From: a virus
Taxonomy: Duplodnaviria; Caudoviricetes
DNA length: 63,279 nucleotides
Virus record (IMG/VR): IMGVR_UViG_3300046004_002250
Coordinates: 1-63,279 of that record
Direction: 5' to 3' (one strand)
Position 1 is the stretch's first letter; each line of letters starts with the position of its first letter. Of the stretch, positions 19,598-29,535 are shown one piece after another. The notes beneath the pieces were generated by a model, which saw only the letters and a program-made list of their open reading frames with translations, was not told where the DNA came from and ran no database searches. A program made the translations under genes and the position numbers.

Positions 19598-21127
19598 ATG
19601 GCCACGACGCTCTGCAACGGTTTCAATCCAAGCTTCACCTGGGTGGAGAAGGCGCAGAACTGCCATTCGGTGACGCCGGATACGGCACCTGCCGAGGGGG
19701 TGGATAACTGCACACCCTGCGGCAGTGGTGCCAGCGCGGTGCTGGAGGTGAAGGCGCGGGTGATGAGTCTGCCCAAAGTGGGCTTTGCTGATCCTGATAC
19801 GGGCGTGAAGCTGTATAAGAAGGTGGTGTCAGACTTGGAAAGTCATTGGACGGAAAAGATTGCGTCTGGTGCGCCGGTGAGTGCTGGCGGGGATGTGCAC
19901 TCCACCTTCACGCAGGAACTGGACATGCTGGGCAACCTGAGTTGTTCAGGCAGTTCCACCATCAGTGGGCAGAATGACACCCGTGATCCGGGCGGGCCGA
20001 CTTACAAGCTGTGCGCCACGGAGAGTTTTTCCGGCAGTTGGAGCGTGGACACAGATGCGTGCGTGACGGGAAGCTGGACATGGACACGGGCGGAGGTGAG
20101 TCACACTTCACCCTGCGGGGTGTATTATGGCACGAATGCCACGGGCTCGTATTACAATGCGCTTGGGTTCGGGCATTTTATCACGCTCTACAACACTGAG
20201 GCATCAGATGAGTGCTGCCCGGCGGCGACTCTGGGCACACCAACAATCACGGGCACGCAATACAAGGTGCTGGGGGTAGGCACGCCAACGCATGGCACGG
20301 CCAGCCTGACTTACACCGATGATTATTCCCTGGAGTCCACGGACGCTGAACTCACTTCGTATGTGACGACCAAGCTGGGCACGCTGCCAGCCCTGAGCAG
20401 CATTGCCTGGGGTGTGGCGGAGACGCTTTACAATGGCAGTCTGCCGAAAACGACGGCCTGCGGCACGGCGATGAGCAGCAACATCACCACGGCAGGGCTG
20501 GCGGACGCGGTGAGTGCGGCATCCACTCTGGTAAGCGCGCGCACATCAGAATTGACGGCGGCCACGGCGGATGTGGCGGCGGCGACTGCGGACTTGGCGG
20601 CGTTTGAAAGTGATTTCACGGCCACACATACGGCGTGGAAGGCGGCGATGCTGGTCTGGTGCACCAGTGGTGGATCTGCGCCGGATGCAACGACGGTGCT
20701 GGCCTATCATGCTACCAAGCGGACATGGCAGGCAGCGCTGGCTGCGGCGATCCATAATGAACTGGATGCCACCCGAGGCAAGGCGGTGGCGGATGCGAGA
20801 TATGCGGCGGCAGTGGCGGCGCAAAGTGCGGCGACGGCGGGCAGTTACAAGTTGCTGCGCTTAGCTTCCGGTGCGGATTATGAGCAGGAGCAGTCCGTGG
20901 TGGTGCTGGCTGGAACAGCGACAATGGCTGAGGTGCAGTATCGCTACCGGATCGACATCCCATACATCGCGGAAGAGGATGAAACATGGACACTGGCGGT
21001 GGCGGATGCCGGAGTGACGCAAACGGTGACGGTGCCGGCCGGGCAATGCTACGCTTATGGGTCGATGTTCACCACAGCGAGCGGGGTGATCGTGCATAGT
21101 GCAACGGTGGTGCTGACACGGGTGTAA
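19598..21127 (+). CDS. Cys/Thr-rich tail tip protein
   Basis: 509 aa at the end of the tail module. Confidence 0.6.
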   Translation: MATTLCNGFNPSFTWVEKAQNCHSVTPDTAPAEGVDNCTPCGSGASAVLEVKARVMSLPKVGFADPDTGVKLYKKVVSDLESHWTEKIASGAPVSAGGDVHSTFTQELDMLGNLSCSGSSTISGQNDTRDPGGPTYKLCATESFSGSWSVDTDACVTGSWTWTRAEVSHTSPCGVYYGTNATGSYYNALGFGHFITLYNTEASDECCPAATLGTPTITGTQYKVLGVGTPTHGTASLTYTDDYSLESTDAELTSYVTTKLGTLPALSSIAWGVAETLYNGSLPKTTACGTAMSSNITTAGLADAVSAASTLVSARTSELTAATADVAAATADLAAFESDFTATHTAWKAAMLVWCTSGGSAPDATTVLAYHATKRTWQAALAAAIHNELDATRGKAVADARYAAAVAAQSAATAGSYKLLRLASGADYEQEQSVVVLAGTATMAEVQYRYRIDIPYIAEEDETWTLAVADAGVTQTVTVPAGQCYAYGSMFTTASGVIVHSATVVLTRV

Positions 21128-21131
21128 AAAT

Positions 21132-21461
21132 ATGACACCGGCTGAAATGTATGCGAGCAAGCGCAAGCTGGTGGTGCCAGACATGCCAAGCGTGAGCAGG
21201 CGCGGGGCGAATGCAGTGGCGGCGGTGGGCAGGGTGGTGACTCAAATGCTGCTGCAAGGACCTGTGCTGGTGCCTGCGGTGGAGGTGCAGCGCAGGCTGG
21301 CAATCTGTCAGGCCTGCGAGTGGTGGCGCACAGAGGCGTATGGTGGCACGGGTGGCTGCGGCCATGAACAATGCGGATGCAGCCGGATGAAGATGCTGCT
21401 GACGACGGAGCGCTGCCCGATGGGCAAGTGGCTAGTTCAGGGCCCGGATCTGGCGGAGTAG
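21132..21461 (+). CDS. Small Cys-rich protein
   Basis: RRLAICQAC...C...CGC...CPMGKW. Confidence 0.7.
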   Translation: MTPAEMYASKRKLVVPDMPSVSRRGANAVAAVGRVVTQMLLQGPVLVPAVEVQRRLAICQACEWWRTEAYGGTGGCGHEQCGCSRMKMLLTTERCPMGKWLVQGPDLAE

Positions 21462-22802
21462 GGTGGGCCAGTTTTGAATGATCTGGACTTGGTCAGAGGG
21501 ATCGATGGCATCCAACGCAGGGAAGCCTTGGGACTCAAGCACGCTGGAGAGGGTGGCGAGGCCGATGTTTTCAGCGAGCATGAGCTGATGCAGGCGCGCG
21601 CGGGATGAAAGCTCGAGAGTGGCGATGTATTTGCGGGCGCGGCCTTCACCTTCACACCTGAACCGGAAGACTCCCCCGTGGGGAAGGGTCCACGTTCTGC
21701 CGCGGCGCTCGGGAGCATAATTTTTCAGGCAGGCACCAAAGCGGGCGTTGGCACTCTGACTGAGGTGGATGCGGGTGAGACCGGTGGCGGCGGAGACTTC
21801 TTCCCTGCCCTCAAGGTAATAGGTGAAGAGACCATTCTGGAAGCAAAGCTGCGCAATCTCATCAAAGGTGAAGGCGTGTGCGGGAAAGCCTTGAGTGAGG
21901 AGGTGAGGATGGATCTTCTCAGTCATGAGATTGACGAGCTTGCGCATGTCGGAATCCACGCTGTTGCCGCTGTTGGAGTCGGCAAAGCGGGGCTCAAAGA
22001 GATCGCCAAACCCTGCGGCACCGATGATGCCGCCGACCATGTTGGAGTAGGTCTCAAAGCCACGACGGACACGACCGGGTGAGGGTGGGCGGCCAAGGTT
22101 GTCCCAATGGGTGACGAGGCCATAGGCGGCGGCGAAGATTTCTTCACGATGCTCCATGATCCATGCCTGCTCGATGGTGTTTTCCACGACGCGGGACTGC
22201 GCTTCCACTTCCTCGACAAAGAGGTCGCACTGCAAAAACCGCTCGACCATGTCCACGCTGAGTTTGAGGTTGTTGCCGGTGATGATGATGCTGCAGTTGG
22301 TGGCGGCGGTGAAGCTGCGGTTGCCGCCAAGGATACGGCCATTCCAGACGGGCAGGGTCATGAAGGCTTCAAGGTTGGGTGACTCGACCTGAGCGCGGAT
22401 GTTGTCGAAAAAGGCGTAGCTGGCACCTTCAAGGGAGATGGTGTCGAGGACTTTACGGAGTTCATTCTCATCCGTGGTGGATTTCTTCTCTCCAGCGACG
22501 GGCCAGGAGCGGCCTGCAGTCCAGCCATGAACGGGACAGATGGCGGACTGTGCCAGCAGGGATTTGCCGGAGCGCTGGGCATTGGCGTTGTAGGCGAACC
22601 CGAGACGGTTGCAGCCTTTGGGCAGCATGGCATTGATGATGAGGCTGACCATGCACGCGAGATGCACCCGAAAACTGCGCGGCCATGCGGCAGCGGGGAT
22701 GTCTTCAAGATTGGCGGCGGCGGTGGTGAGTGACCGCAAATTGCCCTCAGCAAAGGGGAACTCGCGGTAAAGATCGACAAGGTAGGGAGCGGTGGGGGCC
22801 AT
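21432..22802 (-). CDS. Primase-associated P-loop ATPase/helicase, C-terminal part
   Basis: EFPF, Walker A (QRSGKS), Walker B (FFDN), RILG, ITGNNL, DMVERF. Confidence 0.8.
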   Translation of the reverse strand: MAPTAPYLVDLYREFPFAEGNLRSLTTAAANLEDIPAAAWPRSFRVHLACMVSLIINAMLPKGCNRLGFAYNANAQRSGKSLLAQSAICPVHGWTAGRSWPVAGEKKSTTDENELRKVLDTISLEGASYAFFDNIRAQVESPNLEAFMTLPVWNGRILGGNRSFTAATNCSIIITGNNLKLSVDMVERFLQCDLFVEEVEAQSRVVENTIEQAWIMEHREEIFAAAYGLVTHWDNLGRPPSPGRVRRGFETYSNMVGGIIGAAGFGDLFEPRFADSNSGNSVDSDMRKLVNLMTEKIHPHLLTQGFPAHAFTFDEIAQLCFQNGLFTYYLEGREEVSAATGLTRIHLSQSANARFGACLKNYAPERRGRTWTLPHGGVFRFRCEGEGRARKYIATLELSSRARLHQLMLAENIGLATLSSVLESQGFPALDAIDPSDQVQIIQNWPTLLRQIRALN

Positions 22803-22898
22803 GATGGTTAGGAGTGTTTTCTTTTCCGGCGGCGGCCAATGAAGGGCGCGTAGAAAGGTGGTTTCTGCTTGCAGCGGTGAGGTGGGCAGTCGTCGTGG

Positions 22899-23270
22899 TC
22901 ACAGACGCAAAGATGCATGAGCGGGATGCGAGGGGGTGTCCATCAGCGTCATCTCCACGCAGCGTGGCGGCACTGGCCTAACACTGCGCACCACCTGGAC
23001 AATGATGTATTCATCTCCCCATTCTTGCGGCGCTCCACCAGTGCGCAGACAGCCGCATGAGCCTATCCAGTCTTCGGCGGAGGTTTCCTTGATCCATTGC
23101 TCGGCGCGTTCTTGCGTGTGGTAGGGTCCGTGCGCTTGGATCGTGCCCTCTGACATGCCATCCGTTCCGGTGTCGAGCACCCAGAACTGAGAACACGGCA
23201 CTGGTGCCAACCGCCTGGGCTTTTGGCCTTTGGTAGCTGGCTTCTTCGATGGTGTCTTTTTGGTCTTCAT
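22899..23270 (-). CDS. Hypothetical protein
   Basis: 123 aa ORF in the minus-strand operon. Confidence 0.6.
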   Translation of the reverse strand: MKTKKTPSKKPATKGQKPRRLAPVPCSQFWVLDTGTDGMSEGTIQAHGPYHTQERAEQWIKETSAEDWIGSCGCLRTGGAPQEWGDEYIIVQVVRSVRPVPPRCVEMTLMDTPSHPAHASLRL

Positions 23271-23283
23271 AAGTCAGTCGTGG

Positions 23284-23673
23284 TTAGTCGGCGGTCGGCA
23301 CAGTTGGAGCGTTAAGCAGTCGAAACCGCATGAGACATTTTGTGATGGTTTGGCCTGGCTTTACTAGCGGGCGGAACCATTCGTCCATCTCCTTGCGGGA
23401 CTCGAAGCCCTCCGTTTCATGAAGGCGCTTTGCATTCTCCATGCCGTATGAGTAGAGCATCCCGCCATCCTCGCGGCGGGTAATTCGGATCGTCCAGTAG
23501 CCAAGGACAGTGATAGCGGCGACATTGGTTTGTGGCGAGCGGTAGGCGGCACCAGTCCAGTTGTAGAGCATGATCGGTGTTTTGACTGGCCACGGCTTAT
23601 CACGGATCGTGGTGAACTTCTGACCTGAGAGCACTGCGCTGGTGAAGCGGGTGTTGAGTGGGCGCTTGATCAT
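23284..23673 (-). CDS. ASCH/PUA-like domain protein
   Basis: F..AVLSGQKFTTIR, LYNWTG..YRS, EGFES..EM..WF. Confidence 0.65.
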   Translation of the reverse strand: MIKRPLNTRFTSAVLSGQKFTTIRDKPWPVKTPIMLYNWTGAAYRSPQTNVAAITVLGYWTIRITRREDGGMLYSYGMENAKRLHETEGFESRKEMDEWFRPLVKPGQTITKCLMRFRLLNAPTVPTAD

Positions 23674-23865
23674 GGTGTATTGGTGATGACTCGGCTGATG
23701 GCAAACAGGATGGCGAAAACTAGATGAGCGAGGGCATACCAAGTGGACAAAAAGACTGCCCAGCGCAGGAACTTGATTCTGTAGGTGAGCAGGGCGACGA
23801 TGAACCAAAGGGCAGAAAGAGCTTCCTCAGTCTGTGAGGGTGTCCAGGCTGGAACGATGGAGATG

Positions 23866-24120
23866 CTACTTGGCGGCGCGGAGGTGGGTGTAGGCGGTGA
23901 AGAGGGCGGCGAGGTCATCGGTGAGGAGGGCTTGCTTGGTGGTTTCGATCAACTGACTGAGGGTGATGAAGCGGTGGATGGCGGCGGGGCAGGTGGGCTT
24001 GGCGATGTGCTTCTCCAGCAGGAGGTAGCAACGCTGCAACTCGACGGTGATGCTGTGCTCCAAGGTGGCGCGGGTGGCATCAGGCGGCGGGGTAGGTGTA
24101 GATGCGGGTGGTGGTGTCAT
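23866..24120 (-). CDS. Hypothetical protein
   Basis: 84 aa ORF overlapping the upstream gene end. Confidence 0.45.
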   Translation of the reverse strand: MTPPPASTPTPPPDATRATLEHSITVELQRCYLLLEKHIAKPTCPAAIHRFITLSQLIETTKQALLTDDLAALFTAYTHLRAAK

Positions 24121-24610
24121 AACCGGAGGGAAGCAGGCGGATGGCGTGAGTGACGGGATCTAGGACGGGCAGGGGCCGGGCATGGATGGCGACGATCTCA
24201 GGTAACTGGCTGATGAACTGTGAAGCGGTGAGGAGGCCTTCGGCTTCACTCTTGGAGAGGGTGACGGTGATTTCGCGGGTCTGGCCGTTGGCACCGAATT
24301 TCTGCCGCCAAAGCTCGATGTAATCGGAGAAGAAGGTGCGAGCGCTGGCGGGCTCAAGGGGTAGGAGGCCGATGCGGTAGAGGCCGTCTGTCTCGGGGAT
24401 GAGATCGGGAAAGACGATGATGCGGCCACGGCGGAAGAGGATGGGGGTGGCGAGACTGCGCAGGGCGGCGCCAAGGTCGTGAGCGGTGTCGGCAAGGTCA
24501 CGCTCTTCATTGGGCATCTGGACGCGGAGGCGTGGACGGGTGTTCGGCGTGCGCCGGAGCCGGGGTGGTAGGCGGCGCTGGGTCTCGGTGAGAGCGGCGG
24601 GTGTGGGCAC
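24080..24610 (-). CDS. N-terminal part of the primase-associated ATPase family
   Basis: LFRRG...PLPVL...LLPSGYD.TT.IYT, the segment that normally precedes FPF and Walker A. Confidence 0.65.
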   Translation of the reverse strand: MPTPAALTETQRRLPPRLRRTPNTRPRLRVQMPNEERDLADTAHDLGAALRSLATPILFRRGRIIVFPDLIPETDGLYRIGLLPLEPASARTFFSDYIELWRQKFGANGQTREITVTLSKSEAEGLLTASQFISQLPEIVAIHARPLPVLDPVTHAIRLLPSGYDTTTRIYTYPAA

Positions 24611-24657
24611 GGTGAGGGCTGGTGGAAGGGATGATCATGGGTAGTCAACTGACGGGC

Positions 24658-25995
24658 TCAGGCGGTGGGCGGGGGAAGTCCCTGCTGCCACTGCTCCATA
24701 AGGTGAAGGTGATCGGCGTAAACTTGATCGCCCAGATTGAGGGTGCGCCAGTAGGTGCGCCAGTAGCTGGGGGAGCGACGCCCTTTGGGATGGCTGGGGT
24801 CCATGAGGATGAGGCGGGCGGTCATGCCAAGGGTGGTGCTGGTGAGGGCGGCGGCTCGGCACCATTTGAGGAAGCTGAGGGGCGGGGTATCTGGCCGGAC
24901 GGCGGCGGTGAGGCGTGGCCGGATCTGGGCGAGGAAGTCGGTGCCGGTGAGGTGGCCTGCTTTGATGAGGTCATTCAAATCCTTGCACCCTGGAGCGGTG
25001 GGCAGGAGGGTGACGAGGCGGGTGAGGCGGGGACTGAGGGTGTCTAAAAAGCCGCCTTCCTCATACCATTTGGTGCCTGCGGTGTCGGCGTCTCCGATGG
25101 CGATGGCGACGGCGGCGCTGTCGATGGGGATGCCGATGGCGGGATCTAGGAGGAGACGCCAAGACTGTGCACCACGGAGGCCGATGATGCAGACGCCGGG
25201 TGGCATGGAGGCGGGCCAGTGCCAGCCGCAGATGTCGGCGATGGCCATGGCATCCCACTGGCCCTCAGTGAAGAAGATCCACCGTGCACCGATGGGATTA
25301 CCCCAAAAGAAGGGCCATGCGCGGGTGCCGGAGGGGTCGAAGCGCCAGGAGGGTTTGGGATGGGGATTGCCCTGTGAATTGGGCGCAAGTCGGCAGTGGA
25401 TGGAGATGGGGGCAAGCTCGGAACCGCCATCCTGCCTGCCGGTGAGGGCGTGGGTGGGTGCCTGAACAAGGAATGCCTCACGGGTCTCTCCGAAATACTG
25501 CCAGCGGGCCATGAGCTGTGCCTCGGCGGCTCCAATGATGGTGTCGGGGCTGAAACCGCGCCAGTCGGCAAGGTGCTGGACTGCACGCGGGTCGGCGGCA
25601 AGGGCGGCGCAGGCGGACTGCCAGGCGAGCAGGCGCTGAGGTTTCAGGGGCTCGATGAGGATCGGGGCGGGCGTGGCCTTTGGCGTGGGGGTGAAGTCAC
25701 CGCTGCGGAGGTCGGGTGAGTCGGCAAGGAGTGCGGCGATGGTTTCGGCCTTGGTCATGCCGCGGCTGTGGGTGAGGTAGTCGAGGAGGTCACCGTGGAC
25801 GCCGCAGCCGTAGCAGTGGTAGTGGTTGTCTGATTCCCAGATGTGAAAGGAGGGTGTCTTTTCAACATGGAAGGGGCAGCAGGCCATCCATCGACCGGTG
25901 CTGTGGCGGCGCATGACGAGACCGTCTTTTTGCAGCCAAGTGAGGAGGGGATGACGGATTTTTAGCTCGCTGATGAGCTGGGAGGTATCACTCAT
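24658..25995 (-). CDS. DNA primase (CHC2 zinc finger + TOPRIM)
   Basis: CPFHVEKTPSF, YHCYGCGVHGD, EGQWD, DADTAG, KDLND. Confidence 0.9.
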   Translation of the reverse strand: MSDTSQLISELKIRHPLLTWLQKDGLVMRRHSTGRWMACCPFHVEKTPSFHIWESDNHYHCYGCGVHGDLLDYLTHSRGMTKAETIAALLADSPDLRSGDFTPTPKATPAPILIEPLKPQRLLAWQSACAALAADPRAVQHLADWRGFSPDTIIGAAEAQLMARWQYFGETREAFLVQAPTHALTGRQDGGSELAPISIHCRLAPNSQGNPHPKPSWRFDPSGTRAWPFFWGNPIGARWIFFTEGQWDAMAIADICGWHWPASMPPGVCIIGLRGAQSWRLLLDPAIGIPIDSAAVAIAIGDADTAGTKWYEEGGFLDTLSPRLTRLVTLLPTAPGCKDLNDLIKAGHLTGTDFLAQIRPRLTAAVRPDTPPLSFLKWCRAAALTSTTLGMTARLILMDPSHPKGRRSPSYWRTYWRTLNLGDQVYADHLHLMEQWQQGLPPPTA

Positions 25996-26318
25996 GAGCG
26001 TGGTGGGAGATTGAAAATGGGGATTTTAAGGCTCTGGGCGTAGGTGCGCTCGGTGCGTGCGCCGGGACTGGCCTGCCAGTCTGGCAGCATGATGACGGCG
26101 GTGCTGCGGCGCACCATGATGAGGCAGTGCTCCATGTAATGGTCGTAGGTCCAGCCGGCTGGGAAGATGACGGGACTGAGGATGCGGTGGGGCTGGTGCA
26201 GCGTGCGGACGGTCTCCTCTGCGACTCGGAAGCGCAGTTTGAAATCAGGGACGCCGGTGATGGGGCCGGAAAGGTAGATGGTGCCTTTCAGGGCGGCGGT
26301 GGCTCTGGGATCAATCAT
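25992..26318 (-). CDS. DUF4406 / nucleoside deoxyribosyltransferase-like protein
   Basis: IYLSGPITG, YMEHCL, MLPDWQASPGARTE. Confidence 0.85.
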   Translation of the reverse strand: MIDPRATAALKGTIYLSGPITGVPDFKLRFRVAEETVRTLHQPHRILSPVIFPAGWTYDHYMEHCLIMVRRSTAVIMLPDWQASPGARTERTYAQSLKIPIFNLPPRS

Positions 26319-27153
26319 CTGTGGGGAGGGAATCGCGGACGCGGATGGCGGTGTCGATGAGGTCTTCAACCTCGGTGAGGAAGGCGATGCGACGCTCAAT
26401 GGGCCAACTGAGGATGTGATCAGTGCCGCCGACCTGATTCTTCCACTGGCGGAATTTAAGGCTGAGCCCCTGCAAGGTGAGGACGCCGCTGGACTGGCCG
26501 ACGCCCTCCTTGAGATCCTGATCGGTGATGATCACATCCTTTTCGATGGATCGCTTGAGCGCGAGCGGTGAGAGGTGATGCTCATGGGCGCGCTGTGCCC
26601 ACAATTCCTGTGAGACGGTGTCGGTGGCAAATTTCAGGCCAAGGACGTAGTAGTGCTCGCTGGTGAGATTCCACTTTTCCCGCAAGCTGAGCGGGGTGAG
26701 GCCGATGCTGTTTGCATGGGTGATGTCCTCAAACGGGAAGGCAAGCTGGGTGATCTGAGTCTCCACGAACTCGGTGCCGAACTGGCTGCGGCCGTAATTG
26801 AGGAGGTCGGCGAGGGCGGTGTGGTAGGTCTCTTTGACGATGCGGAGACGGGAAAGGGTGATGCTCCACTCTTCCTGTGTGAGGTCGCGGTGAAGGCGCA
26901 AGCCGTGGCGGCAGATGTCGAGGTTCAGGAGCAACTGTCCCTCTGAGCGCATGGCGAGGGCTGTCTCAACTCCGGTGCCGGTGAGCCAGACGGTAGGAAC
27001 TCCAGTCTCATCAACAGGTAGGATGCGACGAATGACGCGGGCCTGTAGGCCAAGCTCAACAAGCTCGGGGTCGAGATCGGTCTCGGGGACTGGCTTGTTC
27101 CTGAGTGCGTCAAAGAGGAAGAGGAGGCGGGGATTGATGGTGGGCTGGGACAT
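26311..27153 (-). CDS. Hypothetical phage protein
   Basis: Coupled ORF preceded by an operator-like site. Confidence 0.7.
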   Translation of the reverse strand: MSQPTINPRLLFLFDALRNKPVPETDLDPELVELGLQARVIRRILPVDETGVPTVWLTGTGVETALAMRSEGQLLLNLDICRHGLRLHRDLTQEEWSITLSRLRIVKETYHTALADLLNYGRSQFGTEFVETQITQLAFPFEDITHANSIGLTPLSLREKWNLTSEHYYVLGLKFATDTVSQELWAQRAHEHHLSPLALKRSIEKDVIITDQDLKEGVGQSSGVLTLQGLSLKFRQWKNQVGGTDHILSWPIERRIAFLTEVEDLIDTAIRVRDSLPTDD

Positions 27154-27202
27154 TGGGTGTGTGACACTGATAGTTAATTGTGACGATTTGTTACGGGTGA
27201 GA

Positions 27203-27793
27203 TCAGGCGGGTTGGGCGGGTGTTTTGGTCGTCCATGTTTTATTGCGCCAGTGCTTGAGGCGCTGAGCCTGTGAGAGGGCGGCTTTGGCTTTGGTGGTCT
27301 TGCCAAAGGTGGTGCTGCTGATGCCAAGCTCGGCTTCCCACTGGCGTTTCTTTTTGCTGATGGCCTCGGGTGAGACATCGATCTGGGCGGCATACTCGCG
27401 GATGCTGCCAAGGCCGTTCAGGGCGTCGAGATTCAGGGCGAAGCAAAGCCCGGCGACGCTGATGCGGACGTTTTGCTCAATGAGAAGGAGGCCGATGACG
27501 CGCTGGATGACGAGGGGGTCGAGGCCACCTGTGCGAGTGGTGGGCGAGGGGTCGCGATCAAGGGAGTCATAGTCAAACCCGATGACGGCGAGGGGTGACT
27601 CGGCGGCGTCCTGGGTCTCGCTGGGACTGTGCCCTGATGCGTGTGAGGACTCAGGAGCGGGTGTGTCGATGCCAAGCTCGACAAGCTTCGCACGCTCGGC
27701 TGGCGTCATGTCGGTCAGCCACTTTTTGTATTCCTCCGCAGCGGCAGCTTCCAGCCTGCGAGCATGCTCCATGTAGGTTGGGTCGATGGCCAT
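27203..27793 (-). CDS. Hypothetical protein with C-terminal HTH
   Basis: SIREYAAQIDVSPEAISK. Confidence 0.6.
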   Translation of the reverse strand: MAIDPTYMEHARRLEAAAAEEYKKWLTDMTPAERAKLVELGIDTPAPESSHASGHSPSETQDAAESPLAVIGFDYDSLDRDPSPTTRTGGLDPLVIQRVIGLLLIEQNVRISVAGLCFALNLDALNGLGSIREYAAQIDVSPEAISKKKRQWEAELGISSTTFGKTTKAKAALSQAQRLKHWRNKTWTTKTPAQPA

Positions 27794-27988
27794 AGTGGTC
27801 AAGCATTGTGGTCAATACCCGCCCAAAAGGCTGAGGATGTGGTGATTAGGGAGGTGGGCGTCTCATTGCGAATGAGATTGCGGTGTGGTAAAAAGGGAAG
27901 TTTACCAAGGAAAGGATTTCCCAAAACCCATCTATTGACCACATTACCCACATGAAAACTGCCAAAGTGGTCAAGAAAAGTGGTCAAG
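27794..27988. other. Putative attP (arm repeats around a symmetric core)
   Basis: GTGGTCAA at 27795, 27808, 27967 and 27980, inverted copy at 27935; core TCTCA-TTGCGAA-TGAGA at 27861-27877. Confidence 0.65.
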
Positions 27989-29010
27989 GTGTGAAGGTGC
28001 GGGGGCTCTCCCAAATCGGGGGGCGTTATTACTATCGGCCGCCTCAAATGAATGGTGTGAGACCGCCGAGAAGGGCGCTGGAAACTTCGTCTTTCGAGGA
28101 GGCTGTGGACATCGCTCTCCAAATCCGCAACAATCGTGCGCCTCAATACACGCCGGGCACGCTGGTCTTTGAGACTGACCGTTTCATGCGAGTGCGCAAG
28201 GCCAAGAAGTTGAGTCGATGGACGCTGGACTCGGATAGCTCGGTGATGCACTTGATTTCTGTAGAGTTTGGTGCTGCAACGACTGTGGCTGCGATCACTC
28301 CACGCATGGTTGAGGCTTGGCGTGAGCGGATGCGTGGAAAAGGTCATTCCGAATCGACGGTGAAGACCTACCTGCTGCGGCTCCATGCTTTCTTTGCGTG
28401 GTTGGTGAAGGATGGTGGGCTGCCAAGAAATCCGATGCTGAATGTTGAACTGCCTTTGGTTAGGAAGACCAGAGCGGAAAAATTCCTGACCAGGGAGGAG
28501 CGGGATAAACTTATCGCGGGGTGCAAGCGTGATGATTTGCGCCTGATGCTGATGCTGGGATTCCACGCAGGTCTGCGGCTCAACGAGATGGTCGAGGCGC
28601 GTGTGGATTGGTTGCGCCTGTGGGAGGGCGGCGGTGAGATCGTGGTGAGTGCGACTGATACTTTCACTCCCAAGGATAGGGAGGCTCGGCGTGTGCCGAT
28701 GAATGATCTGCTTTGGCGTTACATGAAGGACATGAAGTTCGAGGGCACTTATTTGGTGCGTGATGATGTTGCTCGGCAGAAGCATAAATATCGCTGGGAA
28801 CCAAGAAAGCCTTTTGGGCGGCTGGTGGAGGCGATGGGAATGGGGTGGGTAGGATGGCATACGCTGAGACATACTTATGCGACGTTGTTGGTTATGGGTG
28901 GTTGCCCTGTGGCGACGGTGGCGAGGTGGTTGGGGGATGGGATCGAGGTGACTTACAAAAACTATGTGGGCTGCATCCCTCTCAGGGAGCATGTGAATGC
29001 TGGCCTTTAG
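27952..29010 (+). CDS. int: Tyrosine integrase
   Basis: AGLRLNE, TPKD, HTLRHTYAT, WLGD, YKNY; true start may be GTG 27991. Confidence 0.92.
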   Translation: MKTAKVVKKSGQGVKVRGLSQIGGRYYYRPPQMNGVRPPRRALETSSFEEAVDIALQIRNNRAPQYTPGTLVFETDRFMRVRKAKKLSRWTLDSDSSVMHLISVEFGAATTVAAITPRMVEAWRERMRGKGHSESTVKTYLLRLHAFFAWLVKDGGLPRNPMLNVELPLVRKTRAEKFLTREERDKLIAGCKRDDLRLMLMLGFHAGLRLNEMVEARVDWLRLWEGGGEIVVSATDTFTPKDREARRVPMNDLLWRYMKDMKFEGTYLVRDDVARQKHKYRWEPRKPFGRLVEAMGMGWVGWHTLRHTYATLLVMGGCPVATVARWLGDGIEVTYKNYVGCIPLREHVNAGL

Positions 29011-29227
29011 CTTTGGTTGCTTCTTCGTCGTGACCGCCATTGAGGCTTAGCACTTTGAGGGCGGTGTCGATGTCGGCGCGGTGGTAAATGACCTGCCTGT
29101 GGCCTTTGCCTTTGAAGATGGGTTTGAGGCCAGCCTCTACAAGGTGCTCAAGCAGGGCGCGGGCTCCAACATATTCGCGGGCCTCGCGGGTATTGAGCCC
29201 GATCTGGACGGGGGGCTCAATTTTCAT
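28982..29227 (-). CDS. Excisionase-like HTH protein
   Basis: LNTREAREYVG...LKP...IYHRADID; next to integrase. Confidence 0.6.
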   Translation of the reverse strand: MKIEPPVQIGLNTREAREYVGARALLEHLVEAGLKPIFKGKGHRQVIYHRADIDTALKVLSLNGGHDEEATKAKGQHSHAP

Positions 29228-29418
29228 TTGGCGAGCAATGCTTTCTCTACCCAGGAGGTTTTGATTTGATCAAGCTGTTCAGAAAACTCGCTTAAAGCAA
29301 TCCGGTCTGGTCCTGTATCGGCCCGTTTTATACTTTGATTACATATTGCTGTAAACTCGTCTAAGACGTTTTTACGGGCAGATTGAAGTGTCGATATTGG
29401 GAAAATGGAGGCGCTCAC
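29224..29418 (-). CDS. Hypothetical protein
   Basis: First gene of the leftward operon; coupled to the xis-like gene. Confidence 0.45.
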   Translation of the reverse strand: MSASIFPISTLQSARKNVLDEFTAICNQSIKRADTGPDRIALSEFSEQLDQIKTSWVEKALLAK

Positions 29419-29419
29419 A

Positions 29420-29535
29420 CGTTGTTTGTAACGGAAAAGAAAAAGTTACGCAAGGAAATATAAATGAAATGTGAAATTGTAACTGATTGTTACGAAATGA
29501 GTTGTTTTTTTGTTTTCCTGAAAGATTGTTACGAA
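29420..29535. promoter_or_regulatory. Divergent immunity control region
   Basis: AT-rich; GTAAC-TGATT-GTTAC at 29479; repeated GATTGTTACGAAATGA. Confidence 0.7.

Noticed and set aside
22803-24079. Intron, intein or IS interrupting the helicase
   Set aside because: No transposase, homing endonuclease, terminal repeats or intron core recognised
27840-27900. tRNA gene
   Set aside because: Only an anticodon-arm-like hairpin; no D arm, T arm or acceptor stem
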